Source: a virus. From it: 64,000 bases of DNA. This document shows positions 58,483 through 64,000 of the stretch, in pieces (position 1 is the stretch's first letter; the number at the start of each line of letters is the position of its first letter). The notes under the pieces were generated by a model. That model saw only the letters and a program-made list of their open reading frames with translations. It ran no database searches and had not been told where the DNA came from. The stretch covers positions 1-64,000 of the IMG/VR virus record IMGVR_UViG_3300032296_003714; one strand, given 5' to 3'. A program made the position numbers and the translations under genes.

Positions 58483-58898
58483 TTATTCTAATATCAGAAT
58501 CACAAAAAGATGTTTTGAGGAAAAACATAATTGGACAAAAAGTTATGGTATATTACAATCTACATAAACATACTTTTTCTGTGCAAAAAAATGGAATAGT
58601 TGTTTTACATGCCGATTTTTTGAAATTATCTGATGTTGAATTCAGAGTTAGAAAGGGTGGGTTAGAAAAAGTAAGAAAAGAAAAAGTTAAGAATGTTCAT
58701 GCGTTTGTTATTGGAACATTAGAAGATTTTTGTGAGTTCCCATGTCCTGATATTCCACAAGACATGGAAGGAGAGATTATATCATATAATCCATATAAAC
58801 ATGATAGCTTTGTTGTTAAGTCAACACAAGAACCAATATTTCATGGTGATGAGGTAAATATGGTTAATAGTCATAATAAAATTTATTTATTAAAATAA
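58479..58898 (+). CDS. Conserved phage hypothetical protein with ISES leader
   Basis: VYYNLHK..FSV, VRKEK.KNVHAFV, SYNPYK.DSFV. Confidence 0.6.
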   Translation: MIILISESQKDVLRKNIIGQKVMVYYNLHKHTFSVQKNGIVVLHADFLKLSDVEFRVRKGGLEKVRKEKVKNVHAFVIGTLEDFCEFPCPDIPQDMEGEIISYNPYKHDSFVVKSTQEPIFHGDEVNMVNSHNKIYLLK

Positions 58899-58899
58899 C

Positions 58900-59943
58900 A
58901 TGGCGTTTCCTGTACAAATAAAAAAATCACTCCCTTTAGTTCCCAACAAAACTTTATACGCAAGAAGGGAACAACTTAAGGATTACATTAACAAAGACGG
59001 TACGTACTTACCTCAATCTGTTTTGCATGCAGATTTAGATAGAGGCATGTTAGATTTTGTTAAGAATGATTTGAAGTTGGTTACCTCAGGAAAGATTGTT
59101 CCAATGATTGATACAATCATAACAACTCAAAACTGGTCACAATTTGCAGAAACGTGGAGTTTTGTTGACCAAGATTTCAATGTCAGTGTTCCATTCATTA
59201 CAGTTGTTAGACAACCTGAAGTTAAATATGGTACAAACCCATCACTACAATGGACTATCCCAAATAGAAAAGAATTTTACTATGCCTCCGTACCAACATG
59301 GAACGGTAATCAAGAAGGCATGGACATTTATAAAATACCACAACCAGTTCCTGTTGATATCACATATAATGTGAGAATTGTTTGTAACAGAATGAGGGAA
59401 TTAAATGGGTTTAATAAAACTGTTCTTCAGAAATTTTCTTCAAGGCAAGCATATACTTTTATCAAAGGTCAATATGTTCCAATTATAATGAATTCAGTAA
59501 GTGATGAAAGTATATCAGATTTGGATAAGAGAAAATATTATGTTCAAAATTATGATTTCACTATGCTTGGTTATCTTATTGATGAAGATGAGTTCGAAGT
59601 TAAACCGGCAATATCCAGAATTTTACAAGTTATGGAAATAGAGGGGTACACCCCTGTCGGAAAAAAGAATGAACTATATCCAAAAAACCCTGATTTGTTT
59701 ACCCAAGAATTTTTGTTTGTTACCGGTAATACTATGTTAAGTGATATAATGGACTATATGGTAAACATGACTGTAGACTCAACTACAAACGTATCAAGTT
59801 ATGATGTTTATATTAACAACCAATATTATGGTACCGATGTTAATGAAATATTAATTAACACGAACGATGTACTTAGGGTTGAGGTTGTAAAAACAGACAA
59901 CTCTTTGGAGTCAAAAATTTTATTTACAAACAAGTTACTTTAA
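58900..59943 (+). CDS. Tail terminator/sheath stabiliser (T4 gp15-like)
   Basis: P.PVDITYNV.I, position before sheath gene. Confidence 0.65.
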   Translation: MAFPVQIKKSLPLVPNKTLYARREQLKDYINKDGTYLPQSVLHADLDRGMLDFVKNDLKLVTSGKIVPMIDTIITTQNWSQFAETWSFVDQDFNVSVPFITVVRQPEVKYGTNPSLQWTIPNRKEFYYASVPTWNGNQEGMDIYKIPQPVPVDITYNVRIVCNRMRELNGFNKTVLQKFSSRQAYTFIKGQYVPIIMNSVSDESISDLDKRKYYVQNYDFTMLGYLIDEDEFEVKPAISRILQVMEIEGYTPVGKKNELYPKNPDLFTQEFLFVTGNTMLSDIMDYMVNMTVDSTTNVSSYDVYINNQYYGTDVNEILINTNDVLRVEVVKTDNSLESKILFTNKLL

Positions 59944-60107
59944 TTTTCTCCGTAGATATCTTTCTTCTCTTTACACTTTTCAAGAATTAATTGTTCAAGA
60001 AATTTATAAATTTTTATACCTTTCTTGTCACAATATTTTTTCAGTACTTTGTGTACATCCTCAGATATTTTAATGTTTTTTATTTTGTTGTCGTATAGTT
60101 TACCCAT
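59940..60107 (-). CDS. Ribbon-helix-helix DNA-binding protein (not in ORF track)
   Basis: Hand translation: MGKLYDNKIKNIKISEDVHKVLKKYCDKKGIKIYKFLEQLILEKCKEKKDIYGEN; beta-strand KNIKI, helix, G, helix. Confidence 0.7.
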   Translation of the reverse strand: MGKLYDNKIKNIKISEDVHKVLKKYCDKKGIKIYKFLEQLILEKCKEKKDIYGEN

Positions 60108-60229
60108 AAAAGATAAAAAAGGCAGAATATATTCATACTAAATACAAATAGATTATAAAAAGTAAAGTTTTTTCATTCGTTATCTAATATTTATGAATAA
60201 AAATAAATCTTTTTTAGAAACCAATAATA

Positions 60230-63200
60230 ATGGCAACAGTACAAACTAATCAGAAAGTGTTTGTTTCTCCAGGTGTCTATACCTCAGAAACAGATTTGTC
60301 TTTTGTGGCTCAGAGTGTGGGTGTAACTACACTTGGTTTGGTTGGTGAGACTCTTAAGGGTCCAGCATTCGAACCTATTTTCATAACAAATTACGACGAG
60401 TTCCAAGCGTTCTTCGGAGGCTCAGAACCAACAAAATTTGTGAATACACAAATACCAAAATATGAAGCTTCATATATAGCTAAATCATATTTACAACAAT
60501 CTAACCAACTTTTCGTAACAAGAGTTTTAGGTTTATCAGGATACGACGCGGGTCCTTCTTGGACTTTAAAAGTCACGGCTAATGTTGACCCTGGAACAAT
60601 CGGGCTTGACCCAGCTGTAGGAACTCCGTGGACAATCAACTTTTCTGGTGTTGCTTCTGCAGATACGGTAACTCTAATAGGTTCTCTCCCTGATGAAATT
60701 AATAACTTGTTGAATACTCAGTATAGATTAAGTGATGGAAGTACTTCATCATTCAATCAAGACTTTAGTAATACACTCGATGCTTTTGCAACAACACCTA
60801 GTACAACAGGAACAACCGCAATAGTGTACGGTTCTATACCAAGTGCAGATTATGTAAGTCTAACATCTTTTCGTTCAACATTAACAAATGTATTTGGTGT
60901 TGATTCACTAAACTTAGATAATAATGATTTGTCTAGTAGTGACAATTACTCTTGGTTATATTCTAATTTCTCTAACTATAGTGGAAATGATTATTCAGGT
61001 TTCTCATTTGACTATATAGTGACAAGTTTTACAACAGGTGCTTCATCAACATATTCAGGTACCCTATCAGGTAATGTATATACATATTCAGGAAGTGCTT
61101 ACTCACAATATAATAATTTAGTTATCGCTACATTACGTTCTAGAGGTATTTCACTATATGATAGTAATAATCATGGACCACAGTATGAAGTTTCAGGAAC
61201 AACAGATTTGGAAATGGTTTGTACTGGTTCTTATTCGGGAGTATCAAGCAATCCATATTCAACATTCTTACTTTCAGGTGTGACAAAAGATGGTGACGAT
61301 TTCTCATTTGAAACATCATTGTCAAGTGTTAGTAGTAAGTTCTTACCAAAAGTTTTAGGATATGATAACTTCGGTAAATCAAGAAATGAAGTTCCAGTTT
61401 TCGTTGAGGAGATTTATCCTGTAGCTTTAGATTACCTTTACGACAAAGGTTATATCCGTGGTTTAAGTTGTGATTTAATTGCATTACCTGCAGCTAGTAC
61501 ATATAACGCAGATTCAATAGCTTGGAATCTTGAAAAATATACGACCCCTACTTCACCTTTTATTGTTTCAGAATTGAGAGGTAATAAAGTTTACAAATTA
61601 TTCAGATTTATTTCTATATCTGATGGTACTTCTGCAAACACTGAAATAAAGGTATCAATAGCAAATATTTCTTTTGCTAACTTATCTTTTGATGTATTAG
61701 TAAGAAGTTTCTTTGACACAGACCAAAACCCTGTGGTTATCGAGAAATATACAAATTGTACTATGGACCCAGCATCTAATAGTTTCGTAGGTAAGAAAAT
61801 AGGTTCTTTTGATGGAGAATACCCATTGGTTTCAAAATATATCATGGTTGAAATGTCCAAAGAAGCTCCTATAGATGCTTTACCTTGTGGATTCTATGGA
61901 TATGACCAAAGAATTTATGATACAACATCTAACTTATCACCTGTACCAGTGTATAAAACAAAATACGATTATCCTGGTGAACCAGTGTTTAACCCTCCTT
62001 TCGGTATTACCGCTTACGGAGCTAGTGTTAACGATTCTCCTGGTGATAATGTAAGAAGAACTTATTTAGGATTTTCAACTGTAGTAGGTGTTGATGAATC
62101 TTTCTTACAATATAAAGGTAAACAAAACCCTTCAGCTGCAACATGGGGAGTAGCATATGATTCTGTACCTTGGAATTATCTTACTCAAGGTTTCCATATG
62201 GACTCAGGAGCAACTGTTGTATCAATAGGTTCAGAATACGTGACTAGCGGAACTGCAGCATTCCAATGCGGAAGTGCGGAGTTCAGAGCAGAACCTGATA
62301 CTCAAGAAAATCCATACTATTATATCTACTCAAGAAAATACACAGTATGTTTTGCGGGTGGATTTGACGGATGGGATATCTATAGAGAATATAGGACAAA
62401 CCAAGATAGATTTAGACTTGGAGCGGCAGGTTACTTAGCAGGTGCTGCACCATCAACAAGATACCCAACAGCAACTGGTCAAGGTATGTTTAAGAGAATT
62501 GTGGTAGCCAAAAATACTCAAGACTTTGCAAACACTGACTACTACGCTTACCTATTAGGTATTCTATCTTTCTCAAACCCTGAATCTACAAACATCAATG
62601 TTTTTGCAACATCAAGTATTGATTATGTAAACAATGGTAAACTTGTGGAACAGGCGGTTAACATGGTACAGTTCTCAAGAGCGGACTCTGTGTACATCGC
62701 AACAACTCCTGACTACCCAATGTATCAGCCAGATTCAACTGACCCTGAATTGATTATTCAACCTCAAGAGGCGGTAGATAACTTAGATAACACAGGTCTT
62801 GATTCAAACTATACAGCTACTTACTATCCATGGATTTTGGTTAGGGATACTGTTAACAATACACAATTATATCTTCCACCAACAGGTGAGGTTTGTAGAA
62901 ACTTGGCTCTTACAGATAACATCGCATTCCCTTGGTTCGCATCGGCGGGTTACACAAGAGGTCTTGTAAACTCTGTTAAGGCAAGAGTTAAACTAACTCA
63001 AGAAGGTAGAGATATTCTTTATCAAGGTAGAATCAACCCAATCGCAACTTTCTCTGATGTAGGAACTGTAATTTGGGGTAACAAAACTCTACAAGTTGCT
63101 GACTCAGCACTTAACAGATTGAATGTTAGAAGATTACTACTTCAGGCTCGTAAGTTGATTTCAGCGGTAGCAGTTAGATTGTTGTTCGAACAAAACGACC

Positions 63201-63424
63201 AAATCGTTAGACAACAGTTCTTGGATAGTGTTAACCCAATCCTTGATTCAATCAGAAGAGACAGAGGTCTTTATGACTTCAGAGTAACGGTTTCTTCTTC
63301 ACCTGAAGATTTGGATAGAAACACACTAACAGGTAGAATTTATCTAAAACCAACGAAAGCACTTGAATTCATTGAGATTGAGTTCTTGATTACACCAACA
63401 GGTGCTTCGTTTGAAAATATCTAA
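60230..63424 (+). CDS. Tail sheath protein (T4 gp18-like)
   Basis: FVSPGVYTSETDLS, G.T.KGPAFEP, YYPW, PWFASAG..RG, INPIA, IWGNKT, R.NVRRL, EFIEIEF. Confidence 0.96.
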   Translation: MATVQTNQKVFVSPGVYTSETDLSFVAQSVGVTTLGLVGETLKGPAFEPIFITNYDEFQAFFGGSEPTKFVNTQIPKYEASYIAKSYLQQSNQLFVTRVLGLSGYDAGPSWTLKVTANVDPGTIGLDPAVGTPWTINFSGVASADTVTLIGSLPDEINNLLNTQYRLSDGSTSSFNQDFSNTLDAFATTPSTTGTTAIVYGSIPSADYVSLTSFRSTLTNVFGVDSLNLDNNDLSSSDNYSWLYSNFSNYSGNDYSGFSFDYIVTSFTTGASSTYSGTLSGNVYTYSGSAYSQYNNLVIATLRSRGISLYDSNNHGPQYEVSGTTDLEMVCTGSYSGVSSNPYSTFLLSGVTKDGDDFSFETSLSSVSSKFLPKVLGYDNFGKSRNEVPVFVEEIYPVALDYLYDKGYIRGLSCDLIALPAASTYNADSIAWNLEKYTTPTSPFIVSELRGNKVYKLFRFISISDGTSANTEIKVSIANISFANLSFDVLVRSFFDTDQNPVVIEKYTNCTMDPASNSFVGKKIGSFDGEYPLVSKYIMVEMSKEAPIDALPCGFYGYDQRIYDTTSNLSPVPVYKTKYDYPGEPVFNPPFGITAYGASVNDSPGDNVRRTYLGFSTVVGVDESFLQYKGKQNPSAATWGVAYDSVPWNYLTQGFHMDSGATVVSIGSEYVTSGTAAFQCGSAEFRAEPDTQENPYYYIYSRKYTVCFAGGFDGWDIYREYRTNQDRFRLGAAGYLAGAAPSTRYPTATGQGMFKRIVVAKNTQDFANTDYYAYLLGILSFSNPESTNINVFATSSIDYVNNGKLVEQAVNMVQFSRADSVYIATTPDYPMYQPDSTDPELIIQPQEAVDNLDNTGLDSNYTATYYPWILVRDTVNNTQLYLPPTGEVCRNLALTDNIAFPWFASAGYTRGLVNSVKARVKLTQEGRDILYQGRINPIATFSDVGTVIWGNKTLQVADSALNRLNVRRLLLQARKLISAVAVRLLFEQNDQIVRQQFLDSVNPILDSIRRDRGLYDFRVTVSSSPEDLDRNTLTGRIYLKPTKALEFIEIEFLITPTGASFENI

Positions 63425-63443
63425 TAACAATTTAGATTATAGT

Positions 63444-63470
63444 AAAACCCCTCCATAGTGAGGGGTTTTT
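63444..63470 (+). terminator. Rho-independent terminator
   Basis: AAAACCCCTC-N6-GAGGGGTTTTT after sheath gene. Confidence 0.85.
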
Positions 63471-63493
63471 ATTTTATTTAATATTTATAAATC

Positions 63494-63871
63494 ATGAGAT
63501 ATATTATTTCTGAATCAAGATTGGAGGGAGCTCTGGAAAAAGTTTTTAATCAATATATAAATCTTGATGAGTTAAAATACTATCATCCTGTTGAGGAAAC
63601 AGAAGATGGTGAAGAATACGATGATACAAATAGAACTGCATTTTATTTAGGGGAAGACCCTTTGGATGGTGAACAGATTTTATGGTATTATGAGTGTGAT
63701 TATTTTGATGAAAATGCGGTAGATATAAGGAGAAACTGTCCATTGTTAAGAATAGAATCAAACATAAAAGATACATTTGACGGTATTTTTGGAGATTTTT
63801 GGGTTGAACCATTTAAGAAATGGATTAACTATTATTTGGATTTGAATGTCAAAAAAATTGATTATTTATAA
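63494..63871 (+). CDS. Hypothetical protein with IISES leader
   Basis: 125 aa; ATG 5 nt after TATTTAT. Confidence 0.65.
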   Translation: MRYIISESRLEGALEKVFNQYINLDELKYYHPVEETEDGEEYDDTNRTAFYLGEDPLDGEQILWYYECDYFDENAVDIRRNCPLLRIESNIKDTFDGIFGDFWVEPFKKWINYYLDLNVKKIDYL

Positions 63872-63890
63872 GTTTTAATATTTATATCAT

Positions 63891-64000
63891 ATGGTTTACA
63901 TTATTAAAGAAGGTTTTAAGGATGAGGCAACACCAATAATGAAATATTATGCCTTTGATTGGGATGATAATATTGTTCACATGCCGACAAAGATTATGTT
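63891..64000 (+). CDS. HAD-family protein, 3'-truncated by window edge
   Basis: MVYIIKEGFKDEATPIMKYYAFDWDDNIVHMPTKIM...; DxD HAD motif I; TATTTAT 5 nt upstream. Confidence 0.6.
   Translation, partial: MVYIIKEGFKDEATPIMKYYAFDWDDNIVHMPTKIM

Noticed and set aside
1-64000. Stop-codon reassignment
   Set aside because: Core genes are full length and tile densely under code 11; TAA, TGA and TAG all terminate genes.
1-64000. tRNA/rRNA genes, integrase or transposase
   Set aside because: Few intergenic gaps are long enough, no cloverleaf or T-loop signature was seen in them, and no recombinase motifs were recognised.

Overview
A 64-kb, AT-rich, gene-dense segment of a large T4-like (myovirus) jumbo phage genome in the standard genetic code. 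The host is most likely Bacteroidota: there are TTG-N19-TAnnTTTG promoters, no Shine-Dalgarno motifs, a Bacteroidota-type bS21 and a signal peptide followed by Gln. Morphogenesis genes present are portal, prohead protease, scaffold, major capsid protein, gp5-like spike, neck gp13/gp14, tail terminator gp15 and tail sheath. Also present are a gp55-like late sigma factor, family-B DNA polymerase, SNF2 helicase, PhoH, dUTPase, rpsU, and SET and WYL proteins. About 30 kb of the window is two glycan-biosynthesis clusters (roughly 15 GT-like genes including GT60, GT31, GT14, GT47 and HtrL-like, plus glf, several methyltransferases and a HAD/nucleotidyltransferase). These flank mucin-like (TP-repeat) and Ser/Gly-repeat fibre genes. 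The main candidate new system is a phage-encoded, mucin-type O-glycosylation pathway for the virion surface. Supporting this, a [ST]-G-x-T motif is enriched in outer virion proteins and essentially absent from the enzymes checked, which makes it a candidate sequon. Other signals are a TATTTAT late-promoter motif implying leaderless mRNAs, [ILM]-x-E maturation motifs in putative head-packaged proteins, and two structured 5' leaders. All family assignments come from motif recognition by eye, not from database searches.
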